DNA of 63,905 nucleotides, the filler included, from Reticulomyxa filosa (Eukaryota > Protista > Foraminifera): assembly GCA_000512085.1 (NCBI GenBank). It is 17 parts of 17 records of this genome, joined end to end, with 100 filler letters (N's around TTAATTAATTAA, not from the genome) between each part and the next. Parts side by side here need not be neighbours in the genome. Positions count along the whole stretch, not along the records: positions 20,058 to 26,195 come from ASPP01004401.1; positions 26,296 to 32,606 come from ASPP01027599.1; positions 32,707 to 40,358 come from ASPP01023974.1; 14 more parts are not named here. One strand, given 5' to 3'. Numbering within the stretch: the stretch's first letter is position 1; each line of letters starts with the position of its first letter. Position numbers and translations under genes: made by a program. Under the pieces are notes generated by a model. It made no database searches, was not told where the DNA came from, and saw only the letters and a list, made by a program, of their open reading frames with translations. Positions 26,151 through 39,097 of the stretch are shown here, piece by piece.

Positions 26151-26195
<45 letters not shown>
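26148..26195. repeat. (TAT)n microsatellite at a contig end
   Basis: Perfect trinucleotide array. Similar (AAT)n and (TA)n/(TATG)n arrays fill many introns. Confidence 0.9.
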
Positions 26196-27549
26196 NNNNN
26201 NNNNNNNNNNNNNNNNNNNNNNNNNNNNNNNNNNNNNNNTTAATTAATTAANNNNNNNNNNNNNNNNNNNNNNNNNNNNNNNNNNNNNNNNNNNNAAACA
26301 ATGCATAATCGAGAGATGTTGCAAATATTTTGCAATGCCAGTTATAACTGACCAGTCGTCATGAAAAAAGGATATTTCTTATGTGGTGGTGTTTGAATGA
26401 CAAATCAAAGTTACCTCATTACGAGTTTTTTCTTATATTTTGCGATGATAAAAGTTGTAGTGAAAAAACATCAATTATGTACATACAATGAACTAAATTA
26501 GTTTTAAAGAAAAAAGTGGTAAAAAATAAAAAAGCTACGACACCTTTTTTTTATAAAAAATTTTTGTACACCCTTACGGATGTTCCTCAATATCTCTTTC
26601 CTTCCTCTACAAAAAATTTTTTAAAAAATATAATCCAAAACTTGGAAAGCAACATATTCACTTCGTCATTGAAATTCAACAACAGTGGGCTAGTAGGGCA
26701 CTTATACAAACGGATTGCAAAGGTGACTATTTACGTTGAATAAGAATACGATCATCAATTTGTTGTGAATGTTTACTGCCGTTAGGTTGCAGTTCCAAGT
26801 TTAGGTCATTACTCACTGCCAAACTCAAAGATACTAATTCCACATATTCATCAATGCCATTGGAAACCACACAGCAAGCTCCGTTTACTTTTAAAGATTT
26901 TGGTCGATCGATATTTGAACTTTCAAGATTGAAGTTTATTTTGTGGGTCACTTTATTTCCAGTACTTGAAGGAGCGTAGTATTGTCAGATAATTTCTTAT
27001 TTTTTAATTTGAAAGTTTACATTTCTTTAAAAACTAATAAATTAAGTTTTTCTTTATTCTCTTTGCTGTATTTTAGTTTTAAAAAATCTGTAAATTATGG
27101 TTTTATAAGTAAATATTTTTCAAATAATCTGCATCATCTTCTGATAGCTTCTTTTTATTATTGTACTGACAAAACTAGTTCTTGCAAAAATACTATTAAT
27201 AATTTTTTTAATCAATTATAAAACCGCGAGTGCAAACTGAATTAACAGGAGCACTTTATTCTTCTTTTATTAATTGCTTCTTTGGTAACAATAATTGTAA
27301 AATCGCAATAAGCCAAACATGTAGCTGAACTCACTATCGAATTTTTGGAGGTTTTTGTTAATTAACTTGACAAAATAAATAGGACAAATTTTAAATGATT
27401 GATCAATAATTCGGAAACAAAAAATATTGACAACATCACTCCAAAAGACTGATAATTAAAGCATGTGTAGAACATATTGAAAGGCCAGCCTTTTTTTAAT
27501 GCCAAACCTTGACCCATTGCTGGTCAATTCGGCTACAATGATCTTATTA

Positions 27550-30500
27550 TTACTTGGGTTTTTTGGTTTTTTCGGCTGTTTTGGTTGTTTTGGCTTTTTT
27601 GGTTGTTTTTGTTTTGGTGCAGATGTGATTTTGTCATCATCTTTTAAATCCTTTTTTTTTGGCTTTTTTGCGTTTTTTTTCGCTGCTTTCTTCTTTGGTT
27701 GGGCTTCTTTTGCGTCTTCATCTAAAAATGTTTATCATATCACAGACAAAGATAAAAATAAAACTGTTCCTTTCCTTTTAAAAAAAAGAAAAAAAGTGAA
27801 CACCAAAACAAAAAGATAAAAGCATAAGTCAACCATCATCAGTGTCTCCTTCAGTATCTTCCAATTTTGCTATTACTTCTTCAACTTCAGCAAATACTTT
27901 CAAATCTGCCTTCTCTGCCTTGGCTGCACTTTTTTTTGGAGCCTCAAGAGTGATCAACCGTTTTTTTGACCTATTTAGTTTCATGTTATATTTGAGTATC
28001 TCAGTAACAGAAAGGTACAAAAATGGATGGAAAAAAAAAATAAATAAATAAAACTGTAGAGTAAATTTGGTCTTGATAGGAGCGGGAATATGCGGCGTGG
28101 CATTTTGCACACCCAACTCAAGGATGCTGTCCCAATCTTCCCTAGACAATCCATATTCTTGCATAAAGTCCAGCACTTCAGGGATGCCTTCTTCGCCTAG
28201 CCACTCGAGTGGTCTCGTTAATTTTAGTTGCAGTAGTTCTAAGTAGTCAATGCTTACGGCGTACATGCCGCCACTAATATGCTGTCTCATATGGGCAGCC
28301 AACTCCCGGCACCATCGTTCGTGCTTTCCCTGTCTGCTGTTTTTGCCAAGGATCGAAGGGAATGGGAACGGTTTTGTCGAGGCTCCAAGTGTCCCCATCC
28401 GTCTCGCAGGGAAGTAGGTGGACAACAATCCATACATTGGAAGTGTATCATATTGTTGTGTCGATCGAATGGTATTATCAAACAGATCTCCATCCGCAAT
28501 TAGCGATGACTTTTTCATTGTAATAATATTACAAATTATATATATGTATATATTATATGTATATATTATATATGTAACTATTTATATACGTATGTTAATT
28601 GTTAAAAAACAAACTGCTTCTGCCATCACGTTCAAGTTTTCAACAGACAATCGCTTGCTGGAAGGGATATAAGCATAGGTTTCAAACATGGTTAAAGGTA
28701 GAAAAAAATAGTCGACAAAGAAATAATCCAAGCCGTCTGCAATGGACGTGGAAGGCAAAAAAAATTTGGGCAAAACGTCCAAATAAGTCTTAGTCACATC
28801 TTTGTGCAATTTTTTCATTTCGTTTTCGGCTTGATCAAAGTCTAGTTTCTGAGCAACCGATGTGCTGTCACTCTCTGGTTGATTGCTCCAAAATTGCAAT
28901 GAGTGAAGCATTTGTCGGATATCTCCGTGTGATTCATTCGCGAGTTTCATAATGGTGGACATACTTACAGAAAAGCCAATTTGTTGAGCAATTTGAGACA
29001 ATCGACTACAAATTTGTTGTTGAGCCGGTGCGGTGAAGTGAACTGATTCACAATGCTTTTGCAGTGTTTTCAATTTTTCCAGGCTGTTACATATGCAAAT
29101 GATAGGCATTCGGGTGGTTGCGATAAACTTGATCAACTCTACAATGCCACCCCGATCTCCAGTCGACATTCCGTCGACCTCGTCCATCACAAGCACTTTC
29201 CCAACACTTTTTCCAATCACCATTTCGCCTTCCTTTGTCACTTTTTCTTTGTAAAAGTCATGCATACTGTGGCTGTTCAATGACTCTTTCAACGTGGCAT
29301 TCAACAAATTCTTGCTTCGAGTGTCACTTGCATTCAATTCGATTATGTCGAATCCGCATTCTCGAGCAATCACATGCACCGCACTGGTTTTACCGATCCC
29401 AGGCGGGCCATCCACCAAGCATGCACGTGTAAAGTTGTCTTTGTCTTGATTATAATTGATGTTCCTTTTTTATTTTTTTATTTTATTTTATTCGGTTGAT
29501 CCCTCCTTTCTCCTCCTCTGTCTTCCTTCTTATTGTCGTCCTTGCAAATTATATATGCATATATACATTCATATATTAATATATGTAGCACAATGTCACC
29601 AGCTGAGAAGAAAGGTGCGCAATTTGGAAAGCCCGGAGGAATTTCCGATCAAATCTTTTGAGGTTTGTGGCTTGTACGCATCGACGAGTAGTTGTGTGGG
29701 CACATCAGATATGAGTGAAGGCATGGGTGTGACTGTGTTTGCCATTGGCGTCGGGACAGCGTTGGCCATGGGCGTAATGGATGGCATATCAGTAGTGCAA
29801 GTGGCGGATTTGGAGAGTTTTTGTGGAGTTTTCGTCTTTTTCGAAGTTGCGCTCGGTGCCCTTTGAGCAGGCAAACTTTTCAACAGTTCAAAGAATTTGT
29901 CTTCATCAATCACTTCCACTTTTTTTCCTTTCGCACTCTCCAATTTCGATTCACCAGAGCCCTCACCTGCAATCAAATACCGAGTAAGTCCAGATACCGA
30001 AGTAGTGACTTGTCTTTTATTGTGAATCAAAATGATACAAGGACGATACATATACAAAACACATCATCATATCATCCATCATCTCATCTCAAATTATATA
30101 TATATATATACAAATGTATATATGTATGTATGTATGTATATAAAACTGAAAACAAAACAAAACAAAACCCGCCATATTTAAGAATAATATCTTGGCATTC
30201 CTCTCTTGTCAAACTTGGCAATTGTCCAGTGATGACAAATCTCTTTCCGGACAGACAGTTGGGTTGGCCTTCGGGGACATCTTTTTGGCCGTGAAGCGGT
30301 GGGTTGTCACTTCGCTGATAGGGGTGGTATACTCGTGGTTTCTTTGTTGGTTTTTCCTCTGTCTGTTCGGGTGTCCCACTTATTGCGCTTAGCTTTCTCT
30401 TTTTGCCACCCTTCTTTTTGTCCGAATTTGTCTTCACTTCCGTTTTGACAATCGGATTGGTGACAGTTGATATTATCTCCAAATCCTCTTCATTCGATTC

Positions 30501-31561
30501 TTGCGTCGTCACTGGTGCGTCACAAACAGTCTTCTTGTCCGTTGCCGTGTTTATTTTAAACAATGTTCCTTTTGGTTCTTCTTTTTTTATTTCTTTTTCT
30601 TTTTCTTTTTCCTTTTTTTTCTCTTTTTCTTGCTCTTTTTGTGGTGATTTTGTTTTTTTTGTTTGTGATATGTTTGGGGTTGCTTCGTCAGCATTTTTTA
30701 TAGCAACACTTTCGGCCGGTACAGACACAGTCTTCTTTGATTTATCCACATCTTCCGTCCCTTTGTTTGCATCATTGCTTTTTGTTTTGTCATTGAATTT
30801 TGCAAAGTAATCATTTGGGGTTTTTACCAAATACTCTGTCAAAAAAAAAAAAAAAAACTTATAATAATAATAATTTTTTTTTTGTATTTTGTTTGCTTGT
30901 TGATGTAATTTTGATTAATTTGTAGAAATAAAATAAAAAATAATAATAATAAAAAAAAAAAAGATGTTGGATAAATTTGAAAGATCGACTTGCTAAAGTA
31001 TTAGATTGTGTCTTTTTTTTTTCCGCAGGGGGTTGTGATTTATTGGGGAGTTTGTTGTCATTGTTCGTGTTTATGACAGCGTTCGTAGTTGCGTTGCTGC
31101 CTATGCTTATATTTGTTTGACTGGGTGGTTTCTCTTCTTTTATTTCTTTTTTCGCCTCCTCTTTGTTCGCTTTTTTTGGTGCATTTTCTTTGTTTTCAGT
31201 CTCATCATCATCACTAATTACCATTTCAAATTTTTTCTGTGGAATTTGTTCGTTTATTTGTCTTTTTTTTTTTTGCGATGACAGGAACAGCGCAAGGAAA
31301 ATTAATGATGAAAGCAAATTTTGCCAGTTTACAAGTCTCAAATTTTTGTTTTCTTTTCTGTTATTTTTTGTTTTATTTTTCCCCCCCCCCCCCAGTCTCT
31401 ACTGCAACCAAACTTTTGGAGACTTTGTCTTGATAACTATTTACATACACACAAAAAATAAGACTTTATTTGTTCCAGGAAGGTGGCGAGGGCGTTTAAC
31501 TTTTTTTCATCTCCTCTTCGTCATCTGAATCCATCAGGTATGTTCGCTTTCTACGGCTCAT
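27550..31561 (-). CDS. RFC1: Replication factor C large subunit
   Basis: BRCT (CLSGKRFVITGQLPSLTREEC...KYGG / VTTSVSGLTRYLIAGE), Walker A GPPGIGKT, ELNASDTR, Walker B VMDEVDGM, GDIRQ, and the RFC1 C-terminal domain (FPSILGKNS, FMQEYGLSREDWDSI). Ends approximate because of homopolymer frameshifts. Confidence 0.95.
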
Positions 31562-31977
31562 TTCGGAAATGATGGCGATTATATCCAAAATAATAATAGG
31601 ACTGTGTTTAACTAAATGAACTGGCCACCCTTTTAAACTTACTTATTCCTTTTAATTTTTTTCTTGTTTTAAATACGAAAGAGCTTTTTAGAGAAACGTA
31701 TTTAAAACATGTACCAAAGAGTTAGACTCTTTTTTACAGGAAAATAAAGACTATCACGTTAATCACTTAATAAAAACACTTGTACAAAACGATAATGCAT
31801 CTCCTTCAATTAACATCACGAATGCAACATAACAACAGGAGTATTTAAAACTTTTTGTTACAAAGTTGTGGCGATAATTACTAAAATTAGTGTTCTAAGA
31901 AAAAGGGACAACAAGTAGAAAAAACCCTCTATATTTGGAATTCTTTCAATCTGTGAATATCTTTCTTGGGTTCAATT

Positions 31978-32578
31978 ATGGGACATCGATCTTCCAAGCC
32001 AATTGTCAAGGCAACAACTGTGAATCAAAAGCGTTAATAATATTTTTTTTATTTTTTGAAGTGTCCCCGGGAGGGGATGCGTACACTTTTTTTTGGGCGA
32101 AAAAAAAACAAAACAAAAAAAAAAAACAGTTAGCGCACAAGAGGTGAAAGAATTAAATGTAACCTTTCAAATGTTGACAAGAACGCAAGACTACCAAAAT
32201 GGAAGAATAGCCAAAGGTATCGAATGTTTGACCACAAGTGCCCCTGTGCAAAACACACAACACAAAGTTTTGTTTTTTTTTGAAAGTCGAAACATAAGCC
32301 GAGCTCCAAAACTAACAAAAGAAAAAAAAAAAATTATGTATAAATACGATCGCAGATGACTTGGTGCGATTCTATTTGAAAAAGCGCCTGCCCAAATTGT
32401 CGCAACCAATATTGGAGAGATTGTTCGTAGTGTTGTCATACCGCGGGAAAGATGAACTGAATTACGAAGAGTTTCGACATGCCTTTTATCTGCTCGATCA
32501 CATTCCGTCTGAGCCAATCCAAGGCAACAAAGATGTCCTCGATCTCATGGACGAAGTGCGAGAAGACAGGATTCGTCG
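31978..32578 (+). CDS. Putative N-myristoylated EF-hand protein (recoverin/calcineurin-B-like), 5' part
   Basis: Spliced MGHRSSK...LSAQEVKELNVTFQML...ILERLFVVLSYRGKDELNYEEFRHAFYLL. MGxxxS start. Introns 32033-32129 and ~32217-32355. Confidence 0.6.
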
Positions 32579-32858
32579 TTAAGTATATAGAAAGTGAAGG
32601 GGGGAGNNNNNNNNNNNNNNNNNNNNNNNNNNNNNNNNNNNNNNNNNNNNTTAATTAATTAANNNNNNNNNNNNNNNNNNNNNNNNNNNNNNNNNNNNNN
32701 NNNNNNATCAGTTGACGGCTACTTTTAAAAATAAACTTGATATTCATCAATTGCAGGAAATTTTTTTTTTTTAATTGTAAAGAAAAAAAAAAAAAAAAAG
32801 TTCATTTCAATTTATTTTACCTATTTTTTTTTTAAAAAAAAAAAAAAAATTGAATAAG

Positions 32859-33826
32859 ACGGTCAAAGATCAATGCCTTATTGCGCTAACTCAAATGGGC
32901 TACAATGACAAGGATCACATGCGCACGTTGCAAGTGCACTTTCCAAAGACAAAAAAGGGGTCGACCACAGAAAACTTAAACGTAAGCCCCCAACGCGAAA
33001 AACCCTGCTCGCCAAGCGACAACAACAACAACAACAACAGCAGCAGCAGCAGCAGCAGCAGCCAGGCTTCGCACTCGGACAAAATGTCGTCCTTCCCCAA
33101 CTCCCCTCCCAACTACACTCCCGACGGACTCACGTCCAATCCCCACCACCATGCCAAGGCCGCCAAGTGGACGGGCCAACATCGTCCGCATGACACTCCC
33201 GATGACGTGCCTCTGCTTCACTCTCCTCCCTCGCAACTCAGCGGCAACGAGGGCATCATCTTCACCGCGCACTCCAAACAACACTGTGATTACAGTGTCA
33301 CCAGTCCCAATTCCACTACCATGCATGAAGGAAAGCAAAGTCATCTCGATCGAGATAGTAGGCTCTTCACTTCGAATGATAATAGTCCTTACAAGTCTAT
33401 CGATTCTTTTCCTCGTATTCGACAAGTTTCTATTCCCATTGCTGTGCTTTCTCTTCCTGAGATTGAAGTTGTTTTTTTTTCTCTCTCTTCTTTTGCTCTT
33501 CTTATTGTTTGTCATGTACATCTCGCTATATAGGCAATACTTCAATGTGACCACTTTTGGGACATATTTACATCCAGAGTCAACTTCAAGTCATTGCAAC
33601 TTTTCAACGCCTCCGTCATACGCACCAAAATGGCGATGGAAATCGTTGCGAAGTTGCGCGGTGTCACTATTCGGGATGTTAATTTCAACGACAAAGGGGT
33701 GACTTTGCTCACTGGAAAAACCTTGTCTGTCATTGAAAAGCTGTTGACTGGATACAATCCTCGAGTGATTGCGGACTTGATTGACGTAAAATTGGATCAT
33801 TATCCATCCGTCCAAAAGTGGTCCCT

Positions 33827-33857
<31 letters not shown>

Positions 33858-34111
33858 AACAATCATTCCAGTCCAACAATCTAAAAAGCAATAGTAACAC
33901 TCCGACATTTGCTGGCCATGATCATAACGAAGAGATAGACAATGAAACTGATTCCCAATTTCGAAATGAACAGTGGAATGCCAAGGAGATCACCGAACTC
34001 CAAACTCGTTCTCCAAGCAAGGATCATCCGTCACCATTGCACAATGGTCCACTTGTCGCTAACAATGCCACCTATAAATTCACTTCCAACAACATCACGG
34101 CAATACTCTAA
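32859..34111 (+). CDS. Hypothetical protein, 3' part, with poly-N/S/Q tracts
   Basis: GC-richer exons with one intron near 33468-33532. Probable frameshift at the CAA repeat near 33858. No family recognised. Confidence 0.55.
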
Positions 34112-34977
34112 ACTCCAATTCTCGTTCCAAAAAGCAGTGACTCGTCTTTTGTTTATTTGTTTGTTTTTTTTTTTTCCATTACTTTTCAACGCAGATAAAT
34201 ATATTTTTTCTTTTTTTTCACAAACAAACTCATAACGTTTTTTTTTAGAGGTTTGTTTTTGTTTATTATTTTTTTTTTTTATGTGAGATAAAATTCTATA
34301 TTTTATTAACTTCTGGTTGCTTCGGCGCAACAGAGCTTGAAAGGGGGGAAGAGGAAGAAAAAATCAAAGTTTTTTGGTCTTGTTTCTGGTCTTTGATGTA
34401 TTATTTTTTATTTTTTTCAAGTGTAATAGTTTTTTCTCTGTTTTTTTCCTATTCAATTGGTTGTGTTTTCTTTTGTTAGATTTTGGTTTGATTTTTAACT
34501 AACGGATCTTGCAAATAAATGAGTGGTTTTTTTCATTTTTTTTGTTTTGCTTGCGGCGGGGGGGGAAAGCGACCAATAAACAAACCTAATTCTGTTGTTC
34601 CACAAGTTTTGTGCTTTCATCGTGGTACTCCACTTGGAACTTCTGACTGGAAGATTTGATCTTGGTTTGTTTTTATTTTACATTCATTTTGCTTGAGTGG
34701 CAACGTATCCAATAGGATTTTCTCTCATTGGAACATATTCCATATTGCCGTTTCTACCCTTTTTTATAAATCCAAACTGCAATTTTTAGAAAACTTTTGT
34801 AACAAAAATCTCGAGAAGAATATTTTAGTAATCTGAATGTAGAAATGGAGTTAATTTTTTTCCCCTTTTACTAGCTCAGAAACTCTTGTGCTGATATTGG
34901 AGAGGCTGTTGTTGATTTTCACACACAAAAAAAAATTACTTATCAACACTTGGCTTTTTGATTCTAAATATAAAAAT

Positions 34978-36092
34978 TTAAGTTTTGTTGAATTCTTTTT
35001 TTTTTGATTGACTCTGATTTTTTTGTTTGCCATTGCTTTTCTTGTCGCTTTTTTGTTCGTCCGCTTCCTTGTATTTCTGGGAATGGCTTTCTTTTTTAGT
35101 GGGACGCTTTGGTTGGTATGTATCTATCTCTTCTTCTTCTTCTTCTGATTCATCGTGGTCAAGATTCGATTCTTCGTCAACATCCCCAAAGTCATCCCCG
35201 TTTAGCTTTCTGCCATGTCTCAAGTCGTACCACGAACTATATTAGAAACAAAACCCAACATTGTTTGTTCTTTTTCAGTAAGGAAGAGAAAGAAAAAAAA
35301 ATCGAAAAAGGAAAACCAAAACTCAAAGCGTTGAACAATTTTTTGTTTGATTTTTTTGTTATCGCTTGGCATTAAAAACGAAAATAGATCATATGCAAAT
35401 TTTTGACAGTTGCAATACAAAGCGTCATATTTTTTGTGTTTCGCCCCCCATTGATTCAGAAAGACTCCAACATCGCTTATTATTTTTCCGGGAATGAGTG
35501 ATTTCACACACGACATCAGTTCCTGCGCATATTGATCTAGATCACTGTCATCAGGATAGGCGTGCTCTAATTGTAAGCCAATAAAATACGGAATTTGCCT
35601 CGGAGTATTTTTTATGTATTCCTTTACATTTTTACCAACAGTGAATGCGGACAATTTTTGTATTACTTCGCACCCTTTGTCGGTGAACATTGGTACGATT
35701 GATGCAATTATTTCATACTCAGAAGGTTCATCCCCCCGTCCAGGATATTGAAAACATAACCGCAAATTCTCAGGTGAGGTAGTAGTTGTTAATCTCCCAA
35801 AAACTCCGTGTCCGTCTTGCTCTCCAAAATCAAGTTCAAGTAGATCTTTACCAGTCAAAATCTTCACGGACCAATGCGTAAATTTTCCATCACTTATTCC
35901 TCCCATTACTGGCCGAGACAATAACCACACACCCAAAATACTGCCCTTCATCGAATTTATTTCATTTGCTGCTTCTTCAAGGCCGGTTCGGTCAACAGTA
36001 AAGCCTAGCAACGGTGAAAGAACAGGCTTCGCCAACGTCGTTGCTCCAATTTTCGACTCTTCAACCGACTTGTCAAATACGTTTTTGCTCAT
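34978..36092 (-). CDS. Permuted papain-like (PPPDE/DeSI- or LRAT-like) peptidase with an acidic/basic tail
   Basis: FTHWSVKI (His) precedes YDALYCNCQKFAYDLF (Cys), the His-before-Cys order with the YxxxxxNCxxF motif. Intron 35237-35322 joins the tail exon. Confidence 0.7.
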
Positions 36093-36484
36093 TGCTTTTT
36101 ATTTGCAAAGATACTACTCGGTTCACTAAGTTTTTTTTTGGTGTCTGGCCAGTTTTTTAACTCCTTTGGAACTAAAAAGAGTTTTTTGAGTTTTTAAAAA
36201 AGGGGGTTCACCACGTAACAATTCTTTCCAAAGTATAAAGCCCAACAAAAGCGTGCACAAAAAGTTTGGGGCAAAAACCTTTTTCAGTGGAACTTTATAT
36301 ATGAAATTTTTTTTAAAAAAATTGATTAAAGTTCGAAACCAAAATATTTTATCGAAAATTTTAAGATTTCTCCTAAATTCGGGCAATTTATTCATTAGTT
36401 TTGTTCAAAAAAGTATCAATTTAAATTTCAAGAAAATCAAAATAGTCACATCTCAACACTCACGTAAACAAACAAAATGATGGG

Positions 36485-36500
36485 GGTGTTTAAAAACACC
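36485..36500 (-). promoter_or_regulatory. Histone mRNA 3' stem-loop
   Basis: Minus strand aaccaGGTGTT-TTTA-AACACCccca: 6-bp stem starting GG, 4-nt U-rich loop, 32 nt after the H4 stop. Confidence 0.85.
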
Positions 36501-36532
36501 TGGTTGAGTGAAATGACTTTTTGGGGAGAAAT

Positions 36533-36844
36533 TTAACCTCCAAATCCGTAGATTGTTCTTCCTTGTCGTTTTAAAGCGTAGACAACGTCCAAAGCGGTAA
36601 CCGTTTTTCTTCGAGAATACTCGGTATATGTGACAGCATCTTTGATAACGTTTTCTAAAAAGGTTTTGACAACTCCTCTCGCCTCATCATAGATAGTTCC
36701 ACTAATGCGTTTAACTCCACCACGGCGAGCCAATCGTCGAATTGCTGGTTTTGTGATTCCGCTGACAGTGCCTCCTGTGCCTTTCTTGTATCGTTTCGCT
36801 CCTCCTTTTCCGAGACCTTTTCCTCCTTTACCACGTCCGGACAT
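36533..36844 (-). CDS. H4: Histone H4, divergent
   Basis: [18 protein letters not shown]...[21 protein letters not shown]...[18 protein letters not shown]. 102 aa after Met, no introns. True ATG at 36844. Confidence 0.98.
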
Positions 36845-36976
36845 ATTTTGATTTGTAGTTCTTGATTGAAAGGAAATTAAAAACTTGGTGAAGTAAAGTA
36901 AAGATTTTTTGTTTTTACTGTTCCTGAAATACAATACCAATGATTTAAAAAAAAAAAAATTTCTTGAAACCGCGAT

Positions 36977-36990
36977 TTGATTGGCTGATT
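36977..36990 (-). promoter_or_regulatory. CCAAT box in the divergent promoter between H4 and the gene at 37166
   Basis: Minus strand AATCAGCCAATCAA, about 135 nt upstream of the H4 ATG. Confidence 0.45.
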
Positions 36991-37165
36991 AAAAAAAACA
37001 TAACCAAAATAATGGTTTAAAAAAAAATTTTATTTTAGTCTATGTGTTCACTTTTCTTTTTTTTTTTTGCGTTTCCTTGTGTAACCAGACAAAACAGTCA
37101 ACAGTAAGAACAACTTGGTGAATTTTTAATTCAAAAGTTCTCTTTTTTTCCCCCTAGCACACAAA

Positions 37166-37468
37166 ATGCCAACGTATCAAATTATTGCTCCAAAGCGAGG
37201 TGGTTCGCGCTTGACAACACAAGAATTTCAAGCGTGTATTCAAGCAATTCAGGCAAAGCAAACGTTGGAAAAGCAATTTCAGTGCACTTTACTGAGCTAC
37301 GCGTGGTCTGCTAATGCCACGACATGCTATATGATAGTGGACAGCAAAAGCCATTTTAGTTTAAGTGCGTTTCTTTCCAAAGTTATTCCTTCAACAATCG
37401 ACCTAGATTTAAAAATTGAGGCTTTGGTGACAATGCAGGAAATGCAGCAAGCGCTGTACCAAGTTTAG
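37166..37468 (+). CDS. 100-aa intronless protein, ferredoxin-like alpha/beta pattern (GYD/DUF3303-like)
   Basis: Clean ORF with AAAATG start. MPTYQII...helix...TLLSYAWS...CYMIVDSKS...helix...KIEALVTMQEMQQAL resembles GYD/DUF3303 proteins by eye. Confidence 0.55.
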   Translation: MPTYQIIAPKRGGSRLTTQEFQACIQAIQAKQTLEKQFQCTLLSYAWSANATTCYMIVDSKSHFSLSAFLSKVIPSTIDLDLKIEALVTMQEMQQALYQV

Positions 37469-38105
37469 TTCGTCTGTTATTTTTCTTTTTTGTATACGTA
37501 TTTCAAAATAATTTTTTTTTGCTCTACATATTGTGACTATAAAAGTGATCTGTTTTGTTTTATTTTTCTTACAGCAAGTAAGCGAAAAAAATTAAAGTAT
37601 GCTAAAACTGAAAGAAACAATAACCGAAAAAATGGCCTCAAATCTGTGCATGTGCTATTTTAATCGATTGTTGTTTTTCATTGCTTGCGATTGAACTTTG
37701 AAACGAGACATATTTCTACGATTTTTTTTTGCTTGCTTTGAAAAGATTGAAAAAGGAAGAGCGAGGATAATGATTAAAATAGAACATTCCTCGTTATTCC
37801 ATTTCTGATGACCACTCACCTTCAACAGATTGTGTTTGCGCTATTGTCCTAATGATATTTCAGCAAACACCAAAACAATATTTGTACATTGCGAGGAATA
37901 ACTCGCAAATTTTTTCAATAAATGAAAATAAATTGTATGCGCTGGTCAAAAATGATAAAATTTGATATAAATTATGTATATTTCCTATGAGACATAAGCA
38001 AGGACAAGAACAGCTTTCTAAGCTTTAAATAATCTTGACAATTGATGCCTAAAGAGGGACCAGAACCAAAAAAAGTAATAATTTATTATTATAGAGAGTA
38101 TTGAA

Positions 38106-39097
38106 ATGGGCGGAATGATGTCCTGGTTCCGCAGGTAGCATTTGTGTACCTATTATGTTTCAAAACTGGACAATCGGAATATGGTTGAATAAAACAGCTT
38201 TTGGCAGCAAGAACTAGAAATGTCAGTAGTAGGATTGCAAGGTGCTGGGAAGAGTACGTTCATCCAAGTGTTACAGGTACAAAAGGAAACAAAGGAACGA
38301 AGGAATAAAGAGCTAACACTCAACACACAATATATTCTATACATAAATAAAAGAAAGGTGAATACGTTCCAAATATGATCCCTACTGTTGGTTTCAACAT
38401 GCACAAAGTGGAGAAAGGAAATGTTCAAATCAAGGTCTGGGACTTGGGTACGTATTTTGAAGTTGTCCCTTTTTTTTTTTTAATTTTAAAAAAAAAAGCG
38501 TTATAAAAAACAAAAAAAGGAGGACAAAAGAAATTTCGGTCAATGTGGGAAAGATATTGTCGAAAAAATGATGCCATTGTGTATGTTGTTTAATACTTTG
38601 TAATGTTCTCCCCTTACCCCCCCCTCCCTTGGCATTTCTACTTTGAGTACAGAAATGTGAACGCATTTTATACAATATACTTGTGCTTGTGTATGTGAAT
38701 TGCCGGTTAGGTTCATGGTCGACTCCGCGGATCCGAAAAAATTTCCACAGGTCAAAAAAGAGCTGCAACAGTTGTTGTCTTCCCCTAGCTTAGATAAAAT
38801 TCCATTGCTTTTCTTGTTCAATAAAAATGACTTACCCGAAGCCAGAGAGGCGGATGAAATTCTTCAAGAATTGTTTCGTCTTTTTATTATTTTTTTTTCC
38901 TCTTCTCTCTCTATCTCCATATCATATATACATTTTATGTATACGTATACATATATTAAATAATTTTTTTAAAAAAAAAATTATTTAGAGGAATCAAGAG
39001 CTTGGGTGACAGAGAAATAGGATATTACTCGATTTCGTGCAAAGAAATTGTCAACATTGATTCCACTTTGGATTGGCTCATTAAACACGGGAAGTAG
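38106..39097 (+). CDS. ARL8: Arf-like GTPase 8, six exons
   Basis: Spliced [30 protein letters not shown]...[12 protein letters not shown]...[20 protein letters not shown]...FNKNDLP...[29 protein letters not shown]. Confidence 0.93.
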
